A DNA stretch of 64,000 bases from an uncultured Bacteroidales bacterium (lineage in GTDB: Bacteria > Bacteroidota > Bacteroidia > Bacteroidales > Bacteroidaceae), in contig CALEFD010000019.1 in NCBI GenBank assembly GCA_937876995.1, positions 7,858 to 71,857 of the forward strand, given 5' to 3'. The notes under the pieces are model-generated. The model was not told the origin of the DNA, did no database searches, and saw only the letters and a list, made by a program, of their open reading frames with translations. The translations under genes and the position numbers were made by a program. Below are positions 38,771 through 48,792 of the stretch, in pieces (position 1 is the first letter of the stretch; each line of letters starts with the position of its first letter).

Positions 38771-40615
38771 TTATAATTGTTGCATATCATTCAAACGCTT
38801 GTAATATCCGTTCAATGCCAAAAGTTCTTCGTGCGTACCGCGCTCAACAATCTTTCCTTCGTGAAGAACACATATTTCGTCGGCACTCTTTATAGTGGAT
38901 AGTCTGTGAGCAATAGCTATAGTGGTTCTGTCTTTCATAAGACGTTCCAAAGCCTCCTGTACCAAACGTTCCGATTCCGTATCCAAAGCACTTGTAGCTT
39001 CGTCAAGAATAAGAATAGGCGGGTTCTTTAGTATGGCACGAGCTATGCTGATGCGCTGACGCTGTCCGCCGGAAAGCAGACATCCGCGGTCACCTATATT
39101 TGTCTGATAACCATTTTCGGTCTCCATTATAAAATCGTGAGCATTGGCTATTTTTGCAGCCGCAATAACCTGTTCTTCGGTAGCCCCTTTCACACCAAAA
39201 GTGATATTATTATAGAATGTATCGTTAAACAGAATAGCCTCCTGATTAACATTACCCATCATTCCGCGCAACGATTCAAGAGTCATATCTCTTACATCCA
39301 CACCATCTATCAAAATAGAACCGCTGTTTACATCGTAAAAACGTGGCAACAGATCTACCAAAGTAGATTTTCCCGAACCCGACTGACCAACCAGAGCAAC
39401 AGTTTTGCCCTTTGGAACCGTCAAGTTGATTTCGTGAAGCACCTCTCTGCCCTCTTCGTACGAGAAAGAGACATTCTTGTACTCAATCTTATCGGTCATT
39501 GCCGGCATATTAACCGCATTTTCAGAATTGGTTATCTTATTTTCAGCCAACAGAATCTTATCTATACGCTCTACAGATGCCATGCCTTTAGGGATAGCAT
39601 AGCTGGCTTTTGACAACTCCTTGATAGGGTTTAACAAGCTGTAAAGGATTGTGATGTAATAGATAAAAGTAGGAGCTTCTATAGATGCATTTTCACTTAA
39701 AATTAGCGAACCGCCAAACCACAACACCACCACAATAAGAGCTGTACCCATAAATTCACTTACAGGATGAGCCAATGCCTGACGCATATTTACACGAATC
39801 TGTGATGAACGTAATTTGGCACTGCTCTGATCAAAACGGTTAGACATCTTATCTTCTGCAAGGAACGCCTTAATTACACGCAAACCGCCCAATGTCTCTT
39901 CCAACTGCGACATAGTATCGCTCCAACGTGACTGAACTTCAAGTGATTTCTGTTTAAGTTTGCGTCCTATTGTTCCCATTATCCAAACAATAACAGGGAC
40001 TATCAGAACAGAAAAGAGAGTCAACTCCCAACTTATAGCTATCAATGTTCCAAAATAGACCGTTATAAGAATAGGATTCTTGATAAGCATATCCAGAGAA
40101 CTTGCTATTGATACCTCCACCTCTGTAACATCACCACTCATACGGGTTATTATGTCTCCTTTTCTCTCTTTTGAGAAGAAACCCATAGGCAGAGAAAGCA
40201 CCTTATCGTACAGTTTAACGCGTATATCTTTAACCACACCGGTACGCAACGGCACCATAACCGCTGTCGATGCAAAATAGCAACCTGTCTTAAAGAAGGT
40301 GATAAACACCAATACCAATCCCAATATCAAAAGTGTGGTTGATGCACCAAATTGAGATATTGTTTCATTTATGTAATAGTAAAAATTATTCTTCAAAACA
40401 CTGAGCTCCGGCAATCCCAAAAAGCCACTACCTGTTGTCTCTATCAACACATAATCTACTTTGTTGATTTTAAACAAGAGTTCCAGAATAGGGACTATAA
40501 GTGCAAACGAAAACACATTAAGTACAGCCGATAGCAAATTAAACACTACCGATAAGATTAGGTTCTTCTTATACGGAGAAACAAAACGACTTAAAAATCC
40601 AAATAAACCTTTCAT
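38771..40615 (-). CDS. ABC transporter permease/ATPase fusion, MsbA-like lipid/LPS exporter
   Basis: 614 aa. Six-TM ABC exporter domain. Walker A GQSGSGKST, signature LSGGQRQRISIARA, Walker B ILILDEATSALD. Confidence 0.8.
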   Translation of the reverse strand: MKGLFGFLSRFVSPYKKNLILSVVFNLLSAVLNVFSFALIVPILELLFKINKVDYVLIETTGSGFLGLPELSVLKNNFYYYINETISQFGASTTLLILGLVLVFITFFKTGCYFASTAVMVPLRTGVVKDIRVKLYDKVLSLPMGFFSKERKGDIITRMSGDVTEVEVSIASSLDMLIKNPILITVYFGTLIAISWELTLFSVLIVPVIVWIMGTIGRKLKQKSLEVQSRWSDTMSQLEETLGGLRVIKAFLAEDKMSNRFDQSSAKLRSSQIRVNMRQALAHPVSEFMGTALIVVVLWFGGSLILSENASIEAPTFIYYITILYSLLNPIKELSKASYAIPKGMASVERIDKILLAENKITNSENAVNMPAMTDKIEYKNVSFSYEEGREVLHEINLTVPKGKTVALVGQSGSGKSTLVDLLPRFYDVNSGSILIDGVDVRDMTLESLRGMMGNVNQEAILFNDTFYNNITFGVKGATEEQVIAAAKIANAHDFIMETENGYQTNIGDRGCLLSGGQRQRISIARAILKNPPILILDEATSALDTESERLVQEALERLMKDRTTIAIAHRLSTIKSADEICVLHEGKIVERGTHEELLALNGYYKRLNDMQQL

Positions 40616-40639
40616 AAATCACTTTGCAATATTATTCTG

Positions 40640-40647
40640 CAAAGATA
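40640..40647 (-). promoter_or_regulatory. Candidate -7 promoter box for the ABC exporter-purT operon
   Basis: Plus strand CAAAGATA equals minus strand TATCTTTG (TAnnTTTG), about 25 nt upstream of ATG 40615. It lies inside a 7-bp inverted repeat, CTTTGCA (40622-40628) / TGCAAAG (40638-40644). Confidence 0.4.
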
Positions 40648-40765
40648 CGAATAAGCGAGTGAGAAATATGAAACTTGTTTCAATATTTTTCAAAACGAGC
40701 GCAAGTATCTTATTTAAAGATACTAAGAAGTAGCGTAAAAAACAGTAGTTTTCTGTGAAATGTTG

Positions 40766-40773
40766 TATTTTTG
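40766..40773 (+). promoter_or_regulatory. Candidate -7 promoter box (TATTTTTG) for the acyltransferase gene
   Basis: TAnnTTTG match lying inside the longest ORF (40760 start) and 26 nt upstream of the in-frame ATG at 40799. Confidence 0.4.
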
Positions 40774-40798
40774 TGCTTACGAATTGTATTTAAAGGTT

Positions 40799-41746
40799 AT
40801 GCTTAAGAAAATTGCATTTGGAATAACATACGGAGCTATATGGCTGTTTTCACTCATTCCGCTCTGCCTGATGTATCTGATTTCAGATATTTTAGTACTA
40901 CTGTGCTTTCTTATTCCGCCCTTACGATACAGAAAAAAGATTGTCAGGAAAAATTTAAAAGCATCATTCCCCGACAAAAGCAAGAAAGAGCTTCTAAAGT
41001 TGGAATTCAATTTCTATCGCTACTTTTTTGATATGGCTTTTGAAAGCACCAAGGCATGCAGTATGCGTGCCAGGTGGATGAAACGCCACATTAAATTTGT
41101 TAATATAGACAAACTCTACGAACAGTTCAAAACAGGACGTTCCGTTATGGCCTATATGGGACATACAGGTAACTGGGAATGGGTTTCTGCTCTACCCACA
41201 CAACTAAATGCCAAATATCAGGTTTGCCAGATTTACCACGTTCTGGAAAATAGCGTAATGAATAATGTTATGCTAAAAATCAGGGGTGCATACGGAGCAG
41301 AAAGTATCTCTATGGAACGCACACTAAGACAACTTTTAGAGTACAAAAACAGAGGTCAGCAGTTCATAGTGGGAATGATAGCAGATCAGGTACCTTTAAT
41401 GCGCAACATTCACTACTGGACACAGTTTATGAACCAAAAGACACCGGTATTCACAGGAGCAGAACGTATTGCAAAGAAATTGGATTTGGCTGTATTTTAT
41501 GCGGAAGTTATTCGCATAAAACGAGGCAGATATGAATGTGTGCTGCATTTAATGTACGAAAGCACAAAAGACGAACCCGAACACTCAGTTACAGAAAGAT
41601 ACAACCGTATGTTAGAGAATACCATCCATAGCAACCCTGCCATTTGGCTATGGAGCCATAACAGATGGAAACGCACCTGGGAGGGATATCAAAAGTATTT
41701 GAAATATATGGAAGAGAAACATCAACGCGCCTCCAAATCATCATAA
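40799..41746 (+). CDS. LpxL/HtrB-type lipid A (Kdo2-lipid IVA) late acyltransferase family protein (start revised)
   Basis: The ORF track start is 40760. Starting at ATG 40799 gives MLKKIAFGITYG... with an N-terminal TM anchor. GHTGNWEW matches the H-x4-E active-site motif of LpxL-family acyltransferases, and IADQ is present downstream. Confidence 0.65.
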   Translation: MLKKIAFGITYGAIWLFSLIPLCLMYLISDILVLLCFLIPPLRYRKKIVRKNLKASFPDKSKKELLKLEFNFYRYFFDMAFESTKACSMRARWMKRHIKFVNIDKLYEQFKTGRSVMAYMGHTGNWEWVSALPTQLNAKYQVCQIYHVLENSVMNNVMLKIRGAYGAESISMERTLRQLLEYKNRGQQFIVGMIADQVPLMRNIHYWTQFMNQKTPVFTGAERIAKKLDLAVFYAEVIRIKRGRYECVLHLMYESTKDEPEHSVTERYNRMLENTIHSNPAIWLWSHNRWKRTWEGYQKYLKYMEEKHQRASKSS

Positions 41747-43551
41747 AGCGTCTGCAAAATAGCCTTACCGCGATTTTCTCTATTCAGATTTTGTTCCACA
41801 GTACCATTGCCCATATTTTCCAGAACCTTACCTGCTGCATTATCGTATAATATTGCTCCTGTACTGTCAATATAGCAGAAACCATCCACAAAAGTGTAGA
41901 AAGCAAATTGGTCTTTATACTGTTCAGAGAGTACATTTCTGCTAAACAGAAAATCCGAATGATCTATATCCATTTGTGCCAGCAGAGTAGCCGCCACATC
42001 GGTCTGATTCATCAATTTGTCAATTTTGACAGGCTGTTTTACAGCACCGCCTGTCCATATTACAGGTATGTGATGTACGTGCGGAGCACTCTTAAAACCT
42101 GTACGCGGATAGCAAAAACCATGATCCGGCATAAGCACCAATAGCAAATCTTCCCACAGAGCAGTCTGTTTCAAAGAATCCACAAAAGCACCTATACAAC
42201 TATCGGTATAGGCAAACGAATTGCAAATATCATCTTCAAAACGGTTGCTTGGAACCTGAAAAGGTTCGTGACTGCTTAAAGTAAGGAATGTAGTGTGCCA
42301 CAAACTATCTTCGCTATTCTTCAGTTTTTCAAGCAATGCGCTGAAAGTAATATCATCATTCACACCCCATGCGTTTGTCTGACGCTCTGCCGCAGAGAAA
42401 TCGGTATCGGCTGTTATTGACTGATAGCCGTTACTCCACAGATAGCTCTGCATATTGGTAAAGTTTATATCGCCACCATAGAAGAAATCTGTAGAATAGC
42501 CCATTTCAACGAACTTTTTCGCTAGCGAAGGCAGGTTTCTACTCTTGTTTGGCATCTTCATTATAGATTCAGAAGGAAGACCGGGATGGCCATTCAATGC
42601 ACATACTATTCCTCTATCTGTTCTAAAACTTCCTGCATAACAATTACTGAAAAAGACCCCCTGCGCAGCAAGTGAATCTAAATTTGGTGCCACATCCTGA
42701 AGACCGCTTATAGAGGATAGAAAATCACCGCCAAAACCCTCCATTAATATAATAAGGACATTCGGACGCGATGTTTTCAAAAGCTTTGGGGTATCTGAAT
42801 CGGTGGTAGAATAAAGCCCGTTAAAAAGAAGTGAACGTTCCTGTTCTTCAAAATAGTTATACTGCTGCGAATAATCATCCGATTTACTGATAGAACTCAA
42901 CACACTGAAAACAGGATTTACTGCAGAATGATTCAGAAACTGATTGGTACTGTAATAGACCTTTCCTATATTCATTGTAGATTCTTTCAATCCACCGCGC
43001 ATAGACAAAAACAACGGAGCAATAAGCAATACAAAGAACATTGTAACAGGAAATAATCTCTTAACCTTATTAAGTTTGCAATATGTACTATTTAAAAGTT
43101 TGGTTATAACCCAGACCAACAACGATATTAGCAAAACTGCCACCAATACAAACCATATAGATACACTTGCCATTGCCTCTTGTGGCGATTTCAGATAAAA
43201 AAATACCGATGAATCCAACTTAAATCCCCAAAAAGGATAGAGCGCAGCATCGCTTACAAAGGCAAGAGCCAAAGCTATGGCAAGCACTATATTGTAAACA
43301 CGCATTATGGCACGCAGTGGTAAGTTATTCCACCATATAGAGAGAATAATCAAAAGCAGAGGAATGACAAGAAAATATCCTGCACAAGACAAATCAACAG
43401 GAAGAGCATGGTACATTACATCTACATAATCACGCAGTGAGAGCGTTCCGTTCTGATTGGACGCATAAAGCATAAAGAGCGGTTTCTCCACAATGAATAT
43501 CGCCATTAGCGTTATCCAATACCTGAACAGATATAATAAACGTTTCTGCAT
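41722..43551 (-). CDS. LTA-synthase/sulfatase-family membrane protein (second paralogous-type enzyme)
   Basis: 609 aa. Multi-TM N-terminus. NVLIILMEGFGG, NGHPGLP, FFYGGDINF, LSSHEPF, MPDHG. Confidence 0.65.
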   Translation of the reverse strand: MQKRLLYLFRYWITLMAIFIVEKPLFMLYASNQNGTLSLRDYVDVMYHALPVDLSCAGYFLVIPLLLIILSIWWNNLPLRAIMRVYNIVLAIALALAFVSDAALYPFWGFKLDSSVFFYLKSPQEAMASVSIWFVLVAVLLISLLVWVITKLLNSTYCKLNKVKRLFPVTMFFVLLIAPLFLSMRGGLKESTMNIGKVYYSTNQFLNHSAVNPVFSVLSSISKSDDYSQQYNYFEEQERSLLFNGLYSTTDSDTPKLLKTSRPNVLIILMEGFGGDFLSSISGLQDVAPNLDSLAAQGVFFSNCYAGSFRTDRGIVCALNGHPGLPSESIMKMPNKSRNLPSLAKKFVEMGYSTDFFYGGDINFTNMQSYLWSNGYQSITADTDFSAAERQTNAWGVNDDITFSALLEKLKNSEDSLWHTTFLTLSSHEPFQVPSNRFEDDICNSFAYTDSCIGAFVDSLKQTALWEDLLLVLMPDHGFCYPRTGFKSAPHVHHIPVIWTGGAVKQPVKIDKLMNQTDVAATLLAQMDIDHSDFLFSRNVLSEQYKDQFAFYTFVDGFCYIDSTGAILYDNAAGKVLENMGNGTVEQNLNRENRGKAILQTLYDDLEAR

Positions 43552-43557
43552 ATTATA

Positions 43558-44193
43558 CTATTTTCTTCCAAAATCAGCAGGTATTTCACCCCACTTATCG
43601 GTTTCCCATTTAATAATTGGATTCTTAAAACTATTCTGTTGCAACCAACGTTCTGCTGCCTCTATACGTTCAAAAACAGCTTTGGTAGATTCATTAAGTT
43701 CCAATTTTGTTTTGCATTTCTGCTGACGAATCCACAATATGGCATTTCTGCTGTCACTATATAACGGCCAGTCAAGCCCACGCTGCTTGTAAAGTGCCAG
43801 ACAGTGTACTATTGCCAGAAATTCACCTATATTGTTTGTGCCCTTTATTGGACCAAAATGGAATTTCTCCTGCATATCTGCCAGATAGACACCTCTATAT
43901 TCCATCTGTCCCGGATTACCGCTGCAAGCAGCATCTACTGCTATAGCCTGCCTTATCACTTCCGGAGGAAGCAGAATCTCTTTCTTTGCCTTCTGCTCTT
44001 TCTTCTCCTTCTTCTCTATATACAGTTCAGGAGGCGACATATACGCCTCCTCTGCCTGTTCTTTTGTCTTAAATCCTTTATATATAGCTCCTTTCCACCC
44101 TTCTACCTGGTTACGGCACTCCTCCCAGCTATTGTATATGCCCGGATTTAGCCCAATCCAAACCACATAATATTTATTGTCGGAAGAAGACAT
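43558..44193 (-). CDS. Ribonuclease H1 with N-terminal hybrid-binding (viroplasmin-like) domain
   Basis: 211 aa. KYYVVWIGLNPGIYNSWEECRNQVEGWKGAIYKGFKTKEQAEEAY matches the RNase H1 N-terminal domain. The catalytic core is AVDAACSGNPG...TNNIGEFLAIVH...YSDSRNAI. Confidence 0.8.
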   Translation of the reverse strand: MSSSDNKYYVVWIGLNPGIYNSWEECRNQVEGWKGAIYKGFKTKEQAEEAYMSPPELYIEKKEKKEQKAKKEILLPPEVIRQAIAVDAACSGNPGQMEYRGVYLADMQEKFHFGPIKGTNNIGEFLAIVHCLALYKQRGLDWPLYSDSRNAILWIRQQKCKTKLELNESTKAVFERIEAAERWLQQNSFKNPIIKWETDKWGEIPADFGRK

Positions 44194-44211
44194 AAGGAAC
44201 TACTCTTTAGA

Positions 44212-46038
44212 TTACATACGTTCCGGCACCTCTATACCCAACAAACCTGTTCCCAGTTTCAATATTTTACCTACGTTTTCTGTAAGCATCAAGCGGAACA
44301 ACTTCAAACCCTGTTCAGGTTCACGCAACACGCTGAAATCATGATAGAACTGGTTGAATTCCTTTGCCAATTCATAACAGTAGTTTGCTATTACAGATGG
44401 ATTGTAATCTGTTGCAGCCTGTGTTATTACATCCTTAAATTCTGCCAACAGTTGAATAATGGCAATCTCTTTTTCTGATATCATGATATCGTCAGAGAAA
44501 AGACGATTGCTTACATTCAGTCCATCTTCTGCGGCCTTACGCAATATAGAGCGGATACGTGCGTATGTATATTGAATAAAAGGTCCTGTATTTCCATTGA
44601 AATCAATAGACTCTTTCGGATTGAATGTCATATTCTTTCTGGCATCCACCTTTAAGATAAAGTACTTCAATGCACCTAATCCCACAATACGCATTATATC
44701 ATCTATCTCCTCTTGTGAAAGACCATTCAATTTACCCAGTTCATCGGATGTAACACGTGCATTGTCTATCATTTCATCCATCAAATCATCGGCATCTACA
44801 ACAGTACCCTCGCGGCTCTTCATTTTACCTTCAGGGAGTTCCACCATACCGTATGAGAAGTGAACCAAATCCTTACCCCACTTGAATCCTAACTTATCAA
44901 GCAGAATAGAAAGTACCTGGAAATGGTAGTTCTGTTCATTACCTACCACATATATCATCTTATCTATAGGATAATCCTGGAAACGCAGTTTTGCAGTACC
45001 AATATCCTGAGTCATATAAACCGATGTTCCATCACTGCGAAGCAACAGTTTCTGATCAAGTCCTTCTGCTGCAAGGTCAGCCCAGACAGAACCATCTTCC
45101 TTCTTAAAGAAGAATCCCTTTTCCAGACCCTCCATTACCTTCTCTTTACCCTCCAGATATGTTTCCGATTCGTAGTATATCTTATCAAAGCTTACACCTA
45201 AACGTTTGTATGTCTCATCAAATCCGGCATAAACCCAATCGTTCATGGTCTTCCATAGCTGTCGAACTTCAGCATCGCCCTGTTCCCAACGCACCAACAT
45301 ATCGTGCGCCTCTTTCATCAAAGGAGACTGCTTTTCAGCTTCTGCCTTAGCTGCTTCCTGAGCTTTTTCGTCCAATTCATCGTAGTTTTTAGGCAACAAC
45401 GACTTAACTTCTGCACGATAATGTTTATCAAATTCCACGTAGTAATCGCCTATCAGATGATCACCTTTTTTACCTGTCGATTCTGGAGTTGCACCATTAC
45501 CCCATTTCTGCCAGGCAAGCATCGATTTGCAGATATGAATACCACGGTCGTTCACTATATTGGTCTTAACGACACGTGCTCCCGCAGCCGACATAATATT
45601 TGCCAAAGCTGCACCTAAAAGATTATTTCTTACGTGACCTAAATGAAGAGGTTTATTTGTGTTAGGCGATGAATACTCTATCATTACCAATGGAGATTCA
45701 TCGGTAACCTTAGTATAACCGTATTTATCGTCTGAATTAATATCAGTCAATACCTTTAACCAAACAGGAATTGATATAACAATATTCAAAAAACCTTTAA
45801 TTACGTTATAGGAACTGACTGTCGGCATATTCTTTTGCAGCCATACACCTAACTCTGAAGCAGTCATTTCCGGGCTCTTTCTTGAAATCTTCACAAATGG
45901 GAAAACTACCACTGTGAAGTGTCCCTGGAACTCTTTTTTAGTCTTCTGCAACTGCACTGATGCAGGGTCAACATCTTGGTTATACAGAGCCTTTACAGCC
46001 TGCACTACCATACTAACCATTATATCTTCTATTTTCAT
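44212..46038 (-). CDS. argS: Arginine--tRNA ligase
   Basis: 608 aa. Class I HIGH-type motif PNTNKPLHLGHVRNN. KMKSREG (KMSKS-like). C-terminal anticodon-binding DALR-type region. Confidence 0.9.
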   Translation of the reverse strand: MKIEDIMVSMVVQAVKALYNQDVDPASVQLQKTKKEFQGHFTVVVFPFVKISRKSPEMTASELGVWLQKNMPTVSSYNVIKGFLNIVISIPVWLKVLTDINSDDKYGYTKVTDESPLVMIEYSSPNTNKPLHLGHVRNNLLGAALANIMSAAGARVVKTNIVNDRGIHICKSMLAWQKWGNGATPESTGKKGDHLIGDYYVEFDKHYRAEVKSLLPKNYDELDEKAQEAAKAEAEKQSPLMKEAHDMLVRWEQGDAEVRQLWKTMNDWVYAGFDETYKRLGVSFDKIYYESETYLEGKEKVMEGLEKGFFFKKEDGSVWADLAAEGLDQKLLLRSDGTSVYMTQDIGTAKLRFQDYPIDKMIYVVGNEQNYHFQVLSILLDKLGFKWGKDLVHFSYGMVELPEGKMKSREGTVVDADDLMDEMIDNARVTSDELGKLNGLSQEEIDDIMRIVGLGALKYFILKVDARKNMTFNPKESIDFNGNTGPFIQYTYARIRSILRKAAEDGLNVSNRLFSDDIMISEKEIAIIQLLAEFKDVITQAATDYNPSVIANYCYELAKEFNQFYHDFSVLREPEQGLKLFRLMLTENVGKILKLGTGLLGIEVPERM

Positions 46039-46056
46039 ATCTTAATTTTTGCGCTG

Positions 46057-46064
46057 CAAAGTTA
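46057..46064 (-). promoter_or_regulatory. Candidate -7 promoter box for argS
   Basis: Plus strand CAAAGTTA equals minus strand TAACTTTG, about 19 nt upstream of ATG 46038. Confidence 0.45.
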
Positions 46065-46076
46065 CTAAAAAAAGAT

Positions 46077-46084
46077 TACCTTTG
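46077..46084 (+). promoter_or_regulatory. Candidate -7 promoter box (TACCTTTG) for the rhomboid operon
   Basis: TAnnTTTG match in the divergent argS/rhomboid intergenic region, about 70 nt upstream of ATG 46155. Confidence 0.4.
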
Positions 46085-46154
46085 TACCTCATAAAGCAAA
46101 GCTTTGTAATAAAGCAGTCTATTTGTGACGTAAGATTTAAAACTTTTTTTGATT

Positions 46155-46844
46155 ATGAACAAGATTCCAACAATAACAAAAAACCTTTTGATAATCAATG
46201 TACTCTTCTATATGGGTACACTTGCACTGCAAAAGTATGGTATTGATGTACACTCTTTATTCGGACTTCACTTTTTCAAAGCATCCGGATTCAGAATATA
46301 TCAACTTGTAACATATATGTTCCTGCACGAAGGTTTCCAACACATATTCTTCAATATGTTTGCTGTTTGGATGTTCGGCAGCGTACTTGAAAACGTATGG
46401 GGACCAAAAAAATTCCTGATCTTCTATTTGGTATGCGGTATAGGCGCAGGAGTAACGCAGGAATTAGTGCAGTGGGCACACTATTCGCTGACACTTGCCA
46501 ATTACGATAGCGTCAACATGGCAGGCAGAATTATTATGATGGATCAATATCTGAATATGATGCTTACCGTAGGTGCATCGGGCGCCGTTTATGGCATTCT
46601 GCTTGGATACGGAATGACCTTCCCAAACAATGCCATTTACATAATACCATTCCCCTTCCCCATCAAAGCAAAATGGCTCATTACAGGATATATAGTACTG
46701 GAACTTGTACTTGGATTAAGCAACAACCCGGGCGATAACGTTGCCCATTTTGCACATTTGGGAGGTATGTTATTCGGATATATTTTATTAATGTATTGGA
46801 AAAACAACAGGAAGAAAAATGGAGACATTCATTTCAGATATTAA
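46155..46844 (+). CDS. Rhomboid-family intramembrane serine protease
   Basis: The ORF track start at 46149 is a TTG; the ATG at 46155 gives MNKIPTI.... Motifs: HEGFQHIFFNM, catalytic GASGAVYG, catalytic His in AHFAHLGG. Confidence 0.8.
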   Translation: MNKIPTITKNLLIINVLFYMGTLALQKYGIDVHSLFGLHFFKASGFRIYQLVTYMFLHEGFQHIFFNMFAVWMFGSVLENVWGPKKFLIFYLVCGIGAGVTQELVQWAHYSLTLANYDSVNMAGRIIMMDQYLNMMLTVGASGAVYGILLGYGMTFPNNAIYIIPFPFPIKAKWLITGYIVLELVLGLSNNPGDNVAHFAHLGGMLFGYILLMYWKNNRKKNGDIHFRY

Positions 46845-47538
46845 AAACAAGTTCTTATATGGCGACACTCTTACCAGATTAATACTGATTAACGTTGGAG
46901 TATTTGTTGCAATTGCTATAATCAAAGTAGTTTTCATTCTGCTTGGACTAACCGATAATGCCACCTGGAACCACAACTTTGAGTGGAGCTGGAATCTTGG
47001 TGATTTTTTAGCAAGACCATGGACAATAGCAACCTACATGTTTACCAGTTATGGCGTATGGCATCTGCTGTTCAATATGTTCACACTGTATTGGTTTGGA
47101 CAAAGATTTCAGTCGCTCTATACAAATAGCCAATTACGTGGCGTGTATGTATTAGGTGCGTTTTCAGGAATGATATTTTTCACACTTGTATTCAACCTGT
47201 TTCCGGGTCTTCAAACCAAAGATTTTCTTTGGACTATGCCCGGAACATCGACAGCTGTAATTGCCATTGCATCTGCTACTGCATTTAGGGCTCCAAATTA
47301 CATGCAGAAAATACCTCTTATAGGATTTATTCCTATCAAATATCTTGCTATCACTCTTATAGTAACAGACATTGCTCTTATACCTAATATAAATCCTGCA
47401 ACCGATTTTGCTCATTTGGGTGCGGGTTTGTTAGGTTTTCTGTTTGTAAAAAGCCATAGACATGGCACCGATATTACAAAACCTATAACCTCCATTGCTG
47501 TACTGTTAGACAAACTGTTTAGTAAAAAGAAAGATTAA
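46819..47538 (+). CDS. Rhomboid-family protein (second paralog; variant G-x-S-x motif)
   Basis: 239 aa, multi-TM. WHLLFNM, GTSTAV in place of GxSG, and FAHLGAG. Overlaps the upstream rhomboid gene by 26 nt. Confidence 0.65.
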   Translation: METFISDIKNKFLYGDTLTRLILINVGVFVAIAIIKVVFILLGLTDNATWNHNFEWSWNLGDFLARPWTIATYMFTSYGVWHLLFNMFTLYWFGQRFQSLYTNSQLRGVYVLGAFSGMIFFTLVFNLFPGLQTKDFLWTMPGTSTAVIAIASATAFRAPNYMQKIPLIGFIPIKYLAITLIVTDIALIPNINPATDFAHLGAGLLGFLFVKSHRHGTDITKPITSIAVLLDKLFSKKKD

Positions 47539-47540
47539 TA

Positions 47541-48626
47541 ATGAAACTGATAGGCAAAATAGTAATATCACTGATATTGTTGATCAACATTATTGCTGCC
47601 ATAATTCTTATAGTGTGCAGTTATAGTTCATTGGCCGCCCCTCAAGGCGATATGCCCTTAACATCGTTATCGGGGCTAGCATTCCCTATCTTTCTAATTA
47701 TCAACATATTGTTTATTATTTTTTGGTTGCTTTTCTGGAGTAAGGGAAGTTTAATATCTATAGTCACTCTTGTAATATGTATAGGACCGTGCTTGGATTA
47801 TTTTCCACTAAACTTCAAGGCAAAAAACTACACTCCTAAAGAGACAGACATAAAGATTATTTCGTACAACACAGAAGGGTTTGGAACAAAAGTAAATAAA
47901 GACTGGAGCGAAACAAATCCATTACTTGCCTATATAACATCGCAAGATGCAGATATTATCTGTTTGCAAGAGGCATTGATTACCTTAATAGCCCAAAAGA
48001 AAAAAGATAAAAATTTCTTACCCGAATACCCATATTACGCATACTCATCCATAGGCAATATAGCCTGCTTATCCAAACACCCTATTATTCATTCAGAAGG
48101 GATAGGTTTTGAAGGCAAAACAGGCAACAGCTATCTTTATTGCAAGATACTTGTAAACAACGACACATTAGCCGTTTACAATTGTCATCTGGAATCGAAC
48201 AGGCTGAGCGAAGAGAATATAGACCAGTATTGGGATTTCTTTGACGATCCTACTGAAAAAGAGAAAATCTCAGGCCCTAAAACAGTAGTAAAAAAGCTAA
48301 TCACATCATGTAAAGCAAGAGCCACACAAGCAGAGATAATTTCTAACAAAATTAAAGCAGAAACAGCCAAATATACCATTGTGTGCGGCGACCTTAATGA
48401 CACCCCTTTATCTTACACCCACAAACTGTTTGAAAAAGATCTGCATGACGCCCATTCCACAAGTGGTTTTGGTGCAGGCATATCATACCACAAACATCAC
48501 TTGTACTATAGAATTGACCACATTTTCACTAGCAAAAACATTAAATCAAGACATTGTTGGATAGATAACAACATAAAAGATTCAGACCACTACCCCATTT
48601 GCGCTGTCTTAACGCTTAATCTATAG
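47541..48626 (+). CDS. Endonuclease/exonuclease/phosphatase (EEP) family membrane-anchored protein
   Basis: 361 aa. Three N-terminal TM segments. EEP motifs: ISYNTEGF, DADIICLQE, NCHLESN, CGDLNDTP, RIDHIF, SDHYPI. Confidence 0.75.
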   Translation: MKLIGKIVISLILLINIIAAIILIVCSYSSLAAPQGDMPLTSLSGLAFPIFLIINILFIIFWLLFWSKGSLISIVTLVICIGPCLDYFPLNFKAKNYTPKETDIKIISYNTEGFGTKVNKDWSETNPLLAYITSQDADIICLQEALITLIAQKKKDKNFLPEYPYYAYSSIGNIACLSKHPIIHSEGIGFEGKTGNSYLYCKILVNNDTLAVYNCHLESNRLSEENIDQYWDFFDDPTEKEKISGPKTVVKKLITSCKARATQAEIISNKIKAETAKYTIVCGDLNDTPLSYTHKLFEKDLHDAHSTSGFGAGISYHKHHLYYRIDHIFTSKNIKSRHCWIDNNIKDSDHYPICAVLTLNL

Positions 48627-48698
48627 TGTTTTATTCACATTTCTCCTTTTTTTTCAACAAATCTCTACTTTATAAGGTGTAAAAAGGAAATATTTCTA

Positions 48699-48706
48699 TA
48701 TATTTG
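48699..48706 (+). promoter_or_regulatory. Candidate -7 promoter box (TATATTTG) for secDF
   Basis: TAnnTTTG match 87 nt upstream of ATG 48793. Confidence 0.45.
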
Positions 48707-48792
48707 CACCCTTGTAATTAACGGGCTTGAAAATCGTTGGTTTTTGAGCTTGTTTTTGTGATAGACAAATAATAATTAAAAACAAAATAAGT

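Noticed and set aside
46819-47538. Second rhomboid paralog as an inactive pseudoprotease (GTSTA instead of GxSG)
   Set aside because: The putative catalytic Ser and His, and the WHxxxN motif, are all retained. Only the residue after the Ser differs. The rhomboid-rhomboid-EEP arrangement looks like ordinary conserved Bacteroidetes housekeeping context.
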